This document shows, one piece after another, positions 48,302-58,698 of a stretch of 64,000 nt of DNA (positions within the stretch are counted from its first letter, which is position 1; every line of letters starts with the position of its first letter). The notes under the pieces were generated by a model that saw nothing but the letters and a program-made list of their open reading frames with translations, searched no databases and was not told the DNA's origin. The stretch is from NCBI GenBank assembly GCA_016181175.1, contig JACOZV010000003.1, positions 39,773 to 103,772 of the forward strand. The letters run 5' to 3'. Source of the stretch: Candidatus Yanofskybacteria bacterium. Lineage in GTDB: Bacteria; Patescibacteriota; Minisyncoccia; 2-02-FULL-40-12; IGHO2-01-FULL-4-A. The translations under genes and the position numbers were made by a program.

Positions 48302-50080
48302 ATGATTAAGGATTTACTTAAAAATTTAGTCATCAAAACTTTGAAAAGCCAAAAAAATTGGCCGAGTTTTGATGTCTATGAAATTACAATAGAGAAACCG
48401 GCCAACCAACAGTTCGGGGACTATGCCACAAACATCGCATTCAGATTAGCCAAACAACTTGGCAAACCGCCGCAAGAAATAGCACAATTTTTAGCTGATG
48501 AAATTTCTAAAATCAAACCAGCCGAAATTGTCAAAGTTGAAGCTAACGACGGGTACGTTAACTTTTTCTTAAGCAGTGAGTTGCTCCGCCAATCACTGGC
48601 TGATATTTATAAAACTCGGGGATCTTTCGGCAAACTAAACATCGGCCGAAAACAGAAAATAATAGTTGAGTATTCCCAGCCCAATATCGCCAAGCAGATG
48701 CACATCGGCCACTTGCGGACAACTGTGCTCGGCGATGCCTTGGCTAACATTTATGAGATGCTGGGTTATAAGGTAATACGCTGGAACTACCTCGGCGACT
48801 GGGGCACACAATTCGGTAAACTAATCACTGCTTACAAACTCTGGAGTGTCCAACTTAGAGGCTCAGCCTCTAAGTACTTAGAGGCTGAGCCTCTAAGTAA
48901 TAAAAAACAGCTAACAATCAGGGTTTTGACAGAGCTTTACGTCAAATTTCACAAAGAATTAAAAGAGCATCCTGAGTTGGAACGCCAGGGACAGGAAGAA
49001 TTTGCAAAACTGGAAGCCAGTGATAAAGAAAACCACAAGCTGTGGGAATGGTTTCGCAAACTATCTATCAAAGAATTTGAGAATATTTATAAAACACTGG
49101 GAGTTAATTTTGATATTTGGCTCGGGGAAAGCAATTTTGAAAAAGACCTCAAGCCATTGGTTAACGATCTCCGCAAGCGGGAGATTGCCGAAATTGGCGA
49201 AGAAGGAGCAATTATTATAAAACTAGACCGATTTAACCTACCACCGGCGTTGATACAAAAAGCTGATGGGGCAAGTTTGTATCTCACACGTGACATCGCG
49301 ACTCTCAAGTACCGCTTAGCTAAATATAAACCGGCAAAACTTCTTTATGTCGTCGGCAATGAGCAATCTCTGCATTTTGAACAGCTTTTTATGATTGCAA
49401 AAGTCTTAGATTTAAACACATCCCAACTCCTTCATATAAAATTTGGCTTGGTACTCGGGGAGGACAAGAAAAAAATGTCCACGCGAGAAGGCGAGGCAAT
49501 CCCGCTTGAAGAAGTAGTTGAAAAAGCCATTAGCTTGGCCCGAGATATTGTAGAAAAAAAGAGTCCGAACATTGCCGAAAAAGAAAAATATCATATCGCT
49601 CAAACCGTTGCTCTTGGCGCACTTAAATACGAAATGCTCAAGGAGCACCGCAATAGCGATATCGTTTTCAGTTGGGACAAAATGCTAGATTTCAGCGGTA
49701 ACAGTGCACCATATTTGCAATACACTTATGCGCGATTATCAAGTATACTGCAAAAAGCCGGCTGGACTTGGAGGTTGAGCCTCCAAGGGAGGCTCAACCT
49801 CTCAAAACTCGGTGAAAAAACAGAGTTGGCCATCATGAAACATCTTTTGGATTTCCCCGAAGTCATCACCGATTCTGCTCGCACTAATCTGACCAATAAT
49901 CTTGCTCTCTATGTTTATGAACTTGCCAACTTGTCCAACCAATTTTATGAAACCTCACCAATTCTCAAAGACGACAATACCTCCCGCCGGAACGCCCGTC
50001 TCGTACTCATACAAACCACGGCCTCTGTTCTCAAATCCGGCCTTAATCTGTTGGGTATAGAAGTCCTAAATAAAATATAA
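48302..50080 (+). CDS. argS: arginine--tRNA ligase
   Basis: FGDYATN, PNIAKQMHIGHLR, GDWGTQFG, KMSTR, YLQYTYAR. Confidence 0.97.
   Translation: MIKDLLKNLVIKTLKSQKNWPSFDVYEITIEKPANQQFGDYATNIAFRLAKQLGKPPQEIAQFLADEISKIKPAEIVKVEANDGYVNFFLSSELLRQSLADIYKTRGSFGKLNIGRKQKIIVEYSQPNIAKQMHIGHLRTTVLGDALANIYEMLGYKVIRWNYLGDWGTQFGKLITAYKLWSVQLRGSASKYLEAEPLSNKKQLTIRVLTELYVKFHKELKEHPELERQGQEEFAKLEASDKENHKLWEWFRKLSIKEFENIYKTLGVNFDIWLGESNFEKDLKPLVNDLRKREIAEIGEEGAIIIKLDRFNLPPALIQKADGASLYLTRDIATLKYRLAKYKPAKLLYVVGNEQSLHFEQLFMIAKVLDLNTSQLLHIKFGLVLGEDKKKMSTREGEAIPLEEVVEKAISLARDIVEKKSPNIAEKEKYHIAQTVALGALKYEMLKEHRNSDIVFSWDKMLDFSGNSAPYLQYTYARLSSILQKAGWTWRLSLQGRLNLSKLGEKTELAIMKHLLDFPEVITDSARTNLTNNLALYVYELANLSNQFYETSPILKDDNTSRRNARLVLIQTTASVLKSGLNLLGIEVLNKI
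48853..48898. repeat. 46-bp perfect palindrome inside argS
   Basis: ACTTAGAGGCTCAGCCTCTAAGT followed by ACTTAGAGGCTGAGCCTCTAAGT. Confidence 0.92.
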
Positions 50081-50117
50081 TTGAATAAATATCGATTTTT
50101 CGCTATAATTTTTACTA

Positions 50118-53100
50118 ATGGCCGATTTTGATTTCCCCAAAGTAGAGGAAAAAATCCTCCATTTTTGGAAAGATCGGAAAATTTTTGAGAGATCTCTTGA
50201 AAACCGCGAACACGCGCGGCGGTTTGTTTTTTTTGAAGGGCCGCCGACAGCCAACGGCAAACCGGGCATACACCATTTCCTCGGCCGCATATTGAAAGAT
50301 CTTTTTGTCCGCTACAAAACTATGCGGGGTTACCTGGTTGCACGCAAAGCTGGCTGGGATACACACGGCTTACCGGTTGAAATTGAGGTAGAAAAAGAAC
50401 TTGAATTAAAAGATAAAAAAGAAATAGAAAAATACGGCATAGCCAAATTCAACGCAAAAGCCAAACAAAGTGTCTGGAAATATAAAGATGAATGGGAAAG
50501 ATTTACTCACCGCATTGGTTTCTGGTTAAACATGGGCGAGCCTTATATAACTTATGATTGGAAATACATGGAATCGCTTTGGTGGATCATCTCACAAATA
50601 GACAAACGTAAACTTCTCTATCAAGGTCACAAGATCCTTCCATGGTGTCCTCGCTGTGGTACTGCATTATCAAGCCATGAAGTCGCGCAGGGCTATGAAG
50701 ACGTAACCGAAACCTCGGTCTATGTTAAATTCAAACTCAAAAACCCGGAAAAAATTTTACCAGTTACCAGTGACCGGTTACCGGTTACCTACTTATTAGC
50801 TTGGACAACAACCCCATGGACACTTCCGGGTAATGTTGCCTTAGCCGTAGGAGAAAAAATCAAATATGCAATCGTACGAAAAGACAACGACTATTTATTG
50901 CTTGCCAAGGATTTAATTGAAAAAGTTGTACCCGATTCACAAATAATTCAAGAAATAAAAGGCAAAGATCTTGTTGGACTAGAATACAAACCGATTTTTA
51001 ATATTCCCGTCCTTCGACAAGGCTTCGGAGGACAAGCCTCATATAAAATTTATCCGGCCGATTTTGTCACCACAAAGGAAGGCACAGGCATTGTCCATAC
51101 AGCCGTAATGTACGGCGAGGATGACTATGAGTTGGGTAAAAAAATAGGCTTACCCAAACACCACACCGTTGATGAACAGGGTAAATTTACCAAAGAGGTA
51201 AAAGAATTCGCCGGTCAATACGTAAAAGATGCTGAAAAAGGAATAATAGAATATCTTGGTTCCCACGGACTACTTTTCAAAACGGAACAATTTACACACT
51301 CTTATCCGCATTGTTGGCGTTGCAACAATCCGCTTCTTTATTACGCAAAAGACTCCTGGTTTGTGGCAATGTCTAAACTCCGCAAACAACTTCTTAAAAA
51401 TAACAAAAAAATAAACTGGGTGCCTAACTATCTCAAGAACGGCCGTTTTGGCGAATTCTTAAAAGAAGCGAAAGACTGGGCTTTTTCACGCGAACGTTAT
51501 TGGGGAACGCCGTTGCCAATCTGGCAATGCCAAAATTGTAAAGAACAAAAAGTAATAGGCTCACTGGATGAATTAGAAAAACATAGATACCACGGCAAAA
51601 ATACATTTTTTGTTTTGCGTCATGGATTCAGCACTAAAAATGGCGCCCACGGACAAGACGCGATTACCGCCTCAAAACTTGAACATGACAAGTATGAACT
51701 AACGGACGATGGAATAGAACAGGTGCAAAAAACAGCTGATGAGCTTCTCGCAAGCGGGGGAGTAGATGTTATTTTCTCATCCCCGTTCTTAAGAACACGG
51801 CAATCAGCTGAACTCGTTGCCAAAAAGCTAGGCATGAAAGTAACGATAGATGCCAGGCTAAAAGAACTGGATCACGGCACTGTTTGTGAGGGTCAAACAC
51901 ACATGGTTTGCGTTTCACCCGATACTATTTTGACATTTGACACCAAATACGGAGACGGCGAAAGCTGGCGAGATGTCAAAATCAGAATGGCCGAGATTAT
52001 CCGTGAACTTGACCAAAAATATGAAAATAAAAAAATCCTGCTCGTAAGCCACGGCGACCCGATTTGGATACTAGAAGGGTTTACCAAAAACTGGAACGAT
52101 GAAGAAATGCTAAACGGACGAGGCGGCATCTATCTTCGAGAGGGTCATATGAAAAAAATTGAGTTGAAAAATCTTCCATATAACAATCGGGCCGAACTTG
52201 ATATGCACCGGCCGTATGTTGACGAGATATCGCTTAAGTGTGAAAAATGCGGAAATAAAATGTCCCGGATTAAAGATATCGCCGATGTTTGGTTTGACTC
52301 CGGCTCAATGCCGTACGCGCAGTGGCATTATCCATTTGAAAACAAAAAACGTTTTGATGAAAATTTCCCTGCTGATTTCGTTGCCGAAGGTATAGATCAG
52401 ACTCGCGGCTGGTTCTACACATTGCTTGCCGTATCTACTTTGCTTGGCCTGGAAACTCCATATAAAAACGTTATTTCTTACAGCCACGTTCTGGATGAGA
52501 AAGGCAAAAAAATGTCTAAATCTACCGGCAATGTGGTGGATCCGCGGATTATTATAGAAAAATTCGGAGTAGATGCCGCGAGGTGGTATTTTTATACAGT
52601 AAACAATCCTGCTGATTCTAAATTGTTTTCCATAAATGACGTTGGCAAAAAACTTAACGGTTTCATTATGACGCTGATGAACTCTTTGAGGTTTTTTGAG
52701 TTATATGGCAAACCCAGCAACAAAAAACCCAAAGCAGTTCCAACGAACCAATTGGATTCTTGGATACTTTCTCGACTAAATACTACTGCGGGGATTGTCG
52801 CCAAGTCCATGGACGGTTACGATCCCACAACTGCCACCCGCGAAATGGAAAAGTTTGTAGTGGAAGACTTATCAAATTGGTGGATCCGTCGCTCGCGCCA
52901 GCGTTTTCAGAAACCAGAAAATAAAGAAGAGCTTAGCCATGCGGTAGAACTTTTGCGGCACCTTCTGGTGGAATTAAGCAAAATGCTGGCACCGTTTACA
53001 CCATTTCTTGCTGATCATATTTATAAAAAACTTGATAACCGCAAAGAATCAGTCCATTTGGAAGATTGGCCGAAAATAAAAAAGAAGCTCATCAATCATG

Positions 53101-53618
53101 AGCTTGAAACACAAATGGCCGAATTGCGCGAAACCGCAACGCAAGGCCTTGCCCAAAGAAAAGAACGGGGGATAAAAGTGCGCCAGCCGCTTGCCGGCAT
53201 CACGCTCAAGAAAGCCAATAAATTTGACCCCGGCTTGGAACAACTACTTTTAGATGAATTGAATGTTAAAAATGTACTCTACGAGACCGGCCAACAAGAT
53301 ACTATAAGTATAGACCACAAACTTACGCCCGATCTGTTAATGGAGGGCTATGCCCGAGAAATAATGCGTCAGATTCAGGATATGCGAAAAGAAGCCAAAT
53401 ATAAATTATATGAAAAAGTACATGCGGCTTGGGAAAGTCAAAATCAGGAAGTTATTGAAGCCTTAAAAAAACACGAAAAGGAAATAGCTGAAGACACACT
53501 GCTTTCGGAATTTAGTCGCGGACACGATCCAAAAAAAATTTTTGACGTTGAAAAAGAGTTTGAACTAGGACCACAAGCTAAAATTTGGTTAGGAGTCCAC
53601 GCTAAAAATAGGTTATGA
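50118..53618 (+). CDS. ileS: isoleucine--tRNA ligase (IleRS2-like) with inserted histidine-phosphatase domain
   Basis: EGPPTANG, GWDTHGLP, WTTTPWTLP, SRERYWGTP, DQTRGWF, KMSKS; insert with RHG...SHG. Confidence 0.96.
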   Translation: MADFDFPKVEEKILHFWKDRKIFERSLENREHARRFVFFEGPPTANGKPGIHHFLGRILKDLFVRYKTMRGYLVARKAGWDTHGLPVEIEVEKELELKDKKEIEKYGIAKFNAKAKQSVWKYKDEWERFTHRIGFWLNMGEPYITYDWKYMESLWWIISQIDKRKLLYQGHKILPWCPRCGTALSSHEVAQGYEDVTETSVYVKFKLKNPEKILPVTSDRLPVTYLLAWTTTPWTLPGNVALAVGEKIKYAIVRKDNDYLLLAKDLIEKVVPDSQIIQEIKGKDLVGLEYKPIFNIPVLRQGFGGQASYKIYPADFVTTKEGTGIVHTAVMYGEDDYELGKKIGLPKHHTVDEQGKFTKEVKEFAGQYVKDAEKGIIEYLGSHGLLFKTEQFTHSYPHCWRCNNPLLYYAKDSWFVAMSKLRKQLLKNNKKINWVPNYLKNGRFGEFLKEAKDWAFSRERYWGTPLPIWQCQNCKEQKVIGSLDELEKHRYHGKNTFFVLRHGFSTKNGAHGQDAITASKLEHDKYELTDDGIEQVQKTADELLASGGVDVIFSSPFLRTRQSAELVAKKLGMKVTIDARLKELDHGTVCEGQTHMVCVSPDTILTFDTKYGDGESWRDVKIRMAEIIRELDQKYENKKILLVSHGDPIWILEGFTKNWNDEEMLNGRGGIYLREGHMKKIELKNLPYNNRAELDMHRPYVDEISLKCEKCGNKMSRIKDIADVWFDSGSMPYAQWHYPFENKKRFDENFPADFVAEGIDQTRGWFYTLLAVSTLLGLETPYKNVISYSHVLDEKGKKMSKSTGNVVDPRIIIEKFGVDAARWYFYTVNNPADSKLFSINDVGKKLNGFIMTLMNSLRFFELYGKPSNKKPKAVPTNQLDSWILSRLNTTAGIVAKSMDGYDPTTATREMEKFVVEDLSNWWIRRSRQRFQKPENKEELSHAVELLRHLLVELSKMLAPFTPFLADHIYKKLDNRKESVHLEDWPKIKKKLINHELETQMAELRETATQGLAQRKERGIKVRQPLAGITLKKANKFDPGLEQLLLDELNVKNVLYETGQQDTISIDHKLTPDLLMEGYAREIMRQIQDMRKEAKYKLYEKVHAAWESQNQEVIEALKKHEKEIAEDTLLSEFSRGHDPKKIFDVEKEFELGPQAKIWLGVHAKNRL

Positions 53619-54112
53619 TTATATCCGATTTTGTTTTTCATAATTTAACTACTGACAGGAAATACAACGGCGGTTTTTTTGAGAAGATCGTAGAATTTGC
53701 CGCAAAAGAGTTGGATTTGGAATCCAAAAAATTTGAACTGTCCTTAAGTCTGGTGGGTGAGGGCAGGATTAAGGCGCTGAACAAAAAATATCGCGGCAAA
53801 AACAAGACAACCGATGTTTTATCATTCCCGTTGATGGAACGTGGCCCCATCAGAAGTCGCGCCGGCCAAGAGCTGATTACTTCTAACGGAGTAAATGATA
53901 TAATAAGCTTGGGTGACATATTTATTTGTTTGCCAGTAGCAAAGAAAAATGCCGCTCGTGAAAAAGTGAGTTTGGATTATATCATGTCTTTTTTAACAAT
54001 TCACGGATTTATGCATTTGCTCGGATATGACCACGAAAAATCAGCCATAGAAAAAGACAAAATGTTTACATTGCAAGATAAAATACTAAAGCGACTAGCA
54101 ACTAGCGACTAG
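53615..54112 (+). CDS. ybeY: endoribonuclease YbeY
   Basis: TDVLSFP, LGDIFI, HGFMHLLGYDH. Confidence 0.95.
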   Translation: MIISDFVFHNLTTDRKYNGGFFEKIVEFAAKELDLESKKFELSLSLVGEGRIKALNKKYRGKNKTTDVLSFPLMERGPIRSRAGQELITSNGVNDIISLGDIFICLPVAKKNAAREKVSLDYIMSFLTIHGFMHLLGYDHEKSAIEKDKMFTLQDKILKRLATSD

Positions 54113-54164
54113 ATGAAGAATAAGATAATTTTTCACTAGCCACTAACCACTAGCCACTAGTTAT

Positions 54165-55403
54165 TTGCGTCAACAAATAATCACCGGCATAGACATAGGC
54201 AATCACACCATTAAAACGGTAATCGCGGAATTGGATCGCGAAACTTTGCATCCCCAAATAATCGGCGTTGGCAACACTCCTTCTAGCGGCCTGCGCAAGG
54301 GAATGGTTTTTGACATGGAGGAGACCATAAATAATATAAGGGAATCTGTGGGCGTGGCTCAAACAATGGCTGGTGTGAAAGTTGGCAGGGCTTACGTTTC
54401 TGCTAACGGTCTTCATATCCACACCCAGCCTTCGCGCGGAGTAATAGTGGTTTCGCGAGCCGACAATGAAATAACCCAGAATGATATTGATCGCGTTATT
54501 GATGCTGCTTCTACAATAAATCTCCCCCCTAATAGGGAAATAATCCATACTATCCCCAAGAATTTTACAATAGATGCCCAAGAACATGTTAAAAATCCTT
54601 TGGGCATGAAAGGTGTACGCCTAGAAGCAGATGTCTTGTTGGTAGAGGGCCTGTCGCCATATATTCGCAACCTCGCCAAATGTGTAAACGCTAACGATAT
54701 AGAAGTAACGGAGTTTGTTTTTGCACCACTGGCAGCTTCAAAAGCAGTACTTGATAAGCACCAACGCGAACATGGAGTATTAAGCATAGACTTTGGCGGG
54801 GGAGTTTCTTCAGTCACACTTTTTCATGAAGGAGATTTGATTCATACGGCAATATTGCCTATTGGTTCAAGACATATCACCAACGATTTGGCTGTCGCCT
54901 TTCGTACCTCTATGGACAAGGCGGAGGAAATCAAGTGCCAGCACGGTCTTATCGGCACAGAACAAAATAGTAAAAAAGATAAAATTGATTTATCAGAACT
55001 TTTAGGGGAAACTGATTTCATAGTTCCGCGCACCCAAATAGCAAAAATAATTGATTCGCGAGTGGCTGAACTTTTTGATTTAATATCTGACGAAATGAAA
55101 AAACTACAGCGGGGCTATCTTTTACCGGCTGGCGTAGTTTTGGCTGGCGGTGGAGCTAATCTAACTGGTCTGCCTGATTTTACTAAAAATCGCCTCAAAT
55201 TAGCCGTACGAGTAAGCGATAACTACTTACTAGAAGGACTCACTGATCAGGTGGCTGATCCGGCTTTTGCGGTTGCGACAGGCTTGGTGCTTTGGGGTCT
55301 TGAAAAAGAATTTTCAGGCGGCAAGCTGACATTATCCAGCAGATTTTCTTATACCGATACTGTTTCAAAAATAACCAGATGGTTTAAAAATTTTCTACCT
55401 TAG
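54165..55403 (+). CDS. ftsA: cell division protein FtsA
   Basis: GIDIG, PLGMKGVRLE, DFGGG, ITNDLA, AEEIK; upstream of ftsZ. Confidence 0.96.
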   Translation: MRQQIITGIDIGNHTIKTVIAELDRETLHPQIIGVGNTPSSGLRKGMVFDMEETINNIRESVGVAQTMAGVKVGRAYVSANGLHIHTQPSRGVIVVSRADNEITQNDIDRVIDAASTINLPPNREIIHTIPKNFTIDAQEHVKNPLGMKGVRLEADVLLVEGLSPYIRNLAKCVNANDIEVTEFVFAPLAASKAVLDKHQREHGVLSIDFGGGVSSVTLFHEGDLIHTAILPIGSRHITNDLAVAFRTSMDKAEEIKCQHGLIGTEQNSKKDKIDLSELLGETDFIVPRTQIAKIIDSRVAELFDLISDEMKKLQRGYLLPAGVVLAGGGANLTGLPDFTKNRLKLAVRVSDNYLLEGLTDQVADPAFAVATGLVLWGLEKEFSGGKLTLSSRFSYTDTVSKITRWFKNFLP

Positions 55404-55581
55404 TTATTTGGGTTTTTATTGTATAGTAAGTTATCCACAGACTAGAAACAGGTGTGTATATTGCACACCTTTTACTTTTATGCTAAACCCAACCTAGTAG
55501 TTACGCGATTATTTTACGTTAATTAGCTTTGTGTTTTTGGCTTTTTTAAGATGTCAGCTAAAAGTTATTTAGATACTAATT

Positions 55582-56721
55582 ATGGCACAACTCAAACCTC
55601 CATTTGAAACATTCGCCCGCATTAAAGTAGTTGGAGTCGGTGGCGGAGGAAATAAGGCAATACAAAGGATGATGATGACAAAAATACACGGCGTAGAATT
55701 TGTTGCCGTGAATTTGGATGCCCAAGATCTTAATATCGCAAATGCTCCAACAAAAATTTTAATAGGTAAAAATCTTACACGCGGATTGGGAGCCGGTATG
55801 AATCCGGAAATTGGCAGACAAGCAGCTAGCGAAAGCAAGGATGAGATACAGGATGCGCTCAAGGGTTCTGATATGGTATTTATCTGCGGCGGCCTCGGTG
55901 GGGGAACCTGCTCCGGAGCTTCACCAGTGATCGCCGAAATAGCCAGAGATGTTGGCGCTCTTACTGTCGGCGTTGTAACTAAGCCGTTTTCTTTTGAGGG
56001 AGCCGCCAGGTCACGCATTGCAGAAGACGCTTGGAATCTTTTAAGAGAAAATGTTGATGCTTTGATAACCATACCTAATGACCGGTTGCTTTCTATAATT
56101 GACCGCAAAACCCCCCTACTTGAAGCTTTTGCAAAAGTAGATGACGTTTTAAGACAAGGTGTCCAGGGAATATCTGACTTAATTACTATTCCCGGCTTGA
56201 TAAATGTAGACTTCGCCGATGTTAAGGCGGTAATGGCAAATTCAGGTTCCGCCTTGATGGGTATAGGCTACGCCAGCGGAGAAGACCGGGCCATAGACGC
56301 CGCCAAAACCGCCATAAGCTCACCCCTACTAGAAGTTTCCATAGACGGGGCTCGTGGAGTACTTTTCAACATATCTGGCGGCACTGACTTGGCAATGGCA
56401 GAAATTAACGAAGCGGCTAAAATCATAACCGATAAAATTGACACTGATGCAAAGGTGATATTTGGAGCAGTACAAGACGATAAATTGAAAAAGGGCGAGA
56501 TAAAAATCACCGTTATAGCGACTGGTTTTAATAATGGTATGCCCAAGCCCGCCCCTAGACTACAAGCTAGCCCAACACTTTTTGAAGAAGCAACGGGTAA
56601 TGGGCAGGTAAAAAATGGCGGCATTTCACAATCAAACGGACAAATTAAAGAAGTTATAGATGCAACGCTAGATGACACGGAATTCGATATCCCGGCATTT
56701 ATTAGGAGAAAAATGAAGTAG
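55582..56721 (+). CDS. ftsZ: cell division protein FtsZ
   Basis: VGVGGGG, GLGGGTCSG, NVDFAD, DIPAFIR. Confidence 0.98.
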   Translation: MAQLKPPFETFARIKVVGVGGGGNKAIQRMMMTKIHGVEFVAVNLDAQDLNIANAPTKILIGKNLTRGLGAGMNPEIGRQAASESKDEIQDALKGSDMVFICGGLGGGTCSGASPVIAEIARDVGALTVGVVTKPFSFEGAARSRIAEDAWNLLRENVDALITIPNDRLLSIIDRKTPLLEAFAKVDDVLRQGVQGISDLITIPGLINVDFADVKAVMANSGSALMGIGYASGEDRAIDAAKTAISSPLLEVSIDGARGVLFNISGGTDLAMAEINEAAKIITDKIDTDAKVIFGAVQDDKLKKGEIKITVIATGFNNGMPKPAPRLQASPTLFEEATGNGQVKNGGISQSNGQIKEVIDATLDDTEFDIPAFIRRKMK

Positions 56722-56846
56722 CATTCTAAATTTTTGTGACCGTGAAAATAAAAACCCGCCGACAAGACGGGTTTTTATTTGACAAAAAAGTCACCTCGGA
56801 AGATTATATTATGATAGTAACGCAAGTTCATTAAAAAGGCACAGAT

Positions 56847-57461
56847 ATGCTCGAAAAGGAAGTAAGAGATATTTTGGCAGAAGAATTAATGGACAAAACA
56901 ACGCCAGAAGCGCTTATCATGTCTCAGGTTAGAATTGCATGGGAAATTATAAAAAAAATAACAAAATCAGCAATATCTGCCGAAACAGAAGAACTATTTA
57001 AAAATATTATATTAACCAAGAATCGTCTCGGTACATTTCTTGGCATCAAATCCAACTCCATAGTGAAAATGGAAAATGCCGTGCTCAAGGAGGTCCTCTC
57101 TTTCTACGAATTTTGGCTAAAAGTTTTAACTTTTCTATATGACAACTACGACGATATTAAATCTGAAGAATTCCGGAAAGGTTGGGACAAAGAATCAACC
57201 TTAGATAGCAAAAATGCACTGTCAAAAAAATACGAGGACTTACAGCATCAATTTACAACCCCCAAAACCCTACGCATTCACAGCCAAGATCTTTCTTTAA
57301 TAAACGCGACTCTTACCTGGGCATTGATAGCAATGTTTGGTTACGACTCATATACACAACTAACAAAAGAATTCAATGAAACCGAAGTTTTTTTAAAAAA
57401 ATACAGGGACGAGCTTATCCCAGCATATATCGAAAAGGGGGATAGTAATGAGACTGTTTAA
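56847..57461 (+). CDS. hypothetical protein
   Basis: 204 aa predicted-helical ORF after the ftsZ terminator. Confidence 0.7.
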   Translation: MLEKEVRDILAEELMDKTTPEALIMSQVRIAWEIIKKITKSAISAETEELFKNIILTKNRLGTFLGIKSNSIVKMENAVLKEVLSFYEFWLKVLTFLYDNYDDIKSEEFRKGWDKESTLDSKNALSKKYEDLQHQFTTPKTLRIHSQDLSLINATLTWALIAMFGYDSYTQLTKEFNETEVFLKKYRDELIPAYIEKGDSNETV

Positions 57462-57810
57462 AAAAACGTCTAAATTAACAGATTTTGTAGAAGGTACTAT
57501 TTCCTTTGACCAGCTTGCTTGTTGTGCTCTTGCTAATGGATTTGCAAAAAATCCTATCGCGGCCGGACAGTTGAAAAAACTGGTACCAGAAAATCAGCTT
57601 AGATTATTTGAAAACATCTTACTCGATACAAAAGAAATGAAATTTATGCCATCAGAAGAAATGAAAATAGTGTATAATCAGATTGCTAGCATAGAGTTGG
57701 GACGTCTGGACAATTTATTTCAATCCGATTTACATTGTGAACATTCAATTGTTGAACACAAAAAAGCTCTCGAAGACGTAATTGAAAAAACTGCCACGCC
57801 TATTCAATAA
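57448..57810 (+). CDS. hypothetical protein
   Basis: 120 aa ORF overlapping the previous stop, purine-rich SD. Confidence 0.65.
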   Translation: MRLFKKTSKLTDFVEGTISFDQLACCALANGFAKNPIAAGQLKKLVPENQLRLFENILLDTKEMKFMPSEEMKIVYNQIASIELGRLDNLFQSDLHCEHSIVEHKKALEDVIEKTATPIQ

Positions 57811-57862
57811 ACATAGGATTCTTATTACACAAAAAACACCAAGGCGGTGCTTTTATACTTTG

Positions 57863-57936
57863 TTGCGGGGGAGGGATTTGAACCCCCGATCTTCGGGTTA
57901 TGAGCCCGACGAGATAGACCACTTCTCCACCCCGCG
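57863..57936 (-). tRNA. initiator tRNA-fMet(CAT)
   Basis: C1:A72 mismatch, GGG/CCC anticodon stem, CTCATAA loop. Confidence 0.93.
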
Positions 57937-58038
57937 ATATTATTTGGCCGTATTCGCAATTTAACACACGATAACGCTTTTTACAACTTTTTTTGCAACT
58001 AAATTTGCATGAATTTATTTTTTGCTTATAATAAGTTC

Positions 58039-58581
58039 ATGCTTCCAACAAAAATTTTTTTTACTAAGGGCGTCGGGATGCATAAAGAATATCTGGCTTC
58101 ATTTGAGTTGGCTCTGCGTTCGGCCGGAATCGCGCCATATAATCTTGTTACCGTCTCCAGTATCTATCCGCCAAATGTCAAAAAGGTCAGCAAGGACGAG
58201 GGATTAAAATTATTGCCGCCCGGATCCGTCGTTCATGCGGTCATGGCCCGAAATGCCACAAACGAACCCAATCGTTTGGTTTCAGCGTCTATCGGTGTCG
58301 CTATTCCACAGGATCCCAATCAATACGGTTATCTGTCCGAACATCATCCTTTTGGCGAGACTGATGAAAAAGCAGGGGATTACGCCGAAGACTTGGCCGC
58401 CACGATGCTAGCCACAACACTGGGCATTGAGTTCAATCCCAATACTTCGTGGAATGAAAGAGAGCAAGTATTTAAGGCGTCAGGGCAGATCATAAGAACT
58501 TCGAATATTACTCAATCGGCCATCGGCAACAAAGACGGCCTTTGGACTACGGTAATCGCAACGGCTATTTTGATAGAATAG
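58039..58581 (+). CDS. pyruvoyl-dependent arginine decarboxylase
   Basis: [22 protein letters not shown] self-cleavage Ser-Ser, GYLSEH, WTTVIA. Confidence 0.92.
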   Translation: MLPTKIFFTKGVGMHKEYLASFELALRSAGIAPYNLVTVSSIYPPNVKKVSKDEGLKLLPPGSVVHAVMARNATNEPNRLVSASIGVAIPQDPNQYGYLSEHHPFGETDEKAGDYAEDLAATMLATTLGIEFNPNTSWNEREQVFKASGQIIRTSNITQSAIGNKDGLWTTVIATAILIE

Positions 58582-58624
58582 TAATTGAAAAAATTAACTA
58601 CTTCGGTTATTCTGGTGATATAAA

Positions 58625-58696
58625 GCCGGCGTAGTTCAACGGTCAGAACAAGGGACTCATAAGCCCTGGACGAAAGTTCGACTCTTTCCGCCGGCA
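58625..58696 (+). tRNA. tRNA with CAT anticodon (probably elongator Met; Ile2 not excluded)
   Basis: acceptor GCCGGCG/CGCCGGC, loop CTCATAA, T-arm GAAAGTTCGACTCTTTC. Confidence 0.88.
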
Positions 58697-58698
58697 CA

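Noticed and set aside
27394-55439. Replication origin from DnaA boxes at 27394-402 and 55431-39
   Set aside because: These are isolated single consensus boxes far apart, with no cluster and no dnaA gene.
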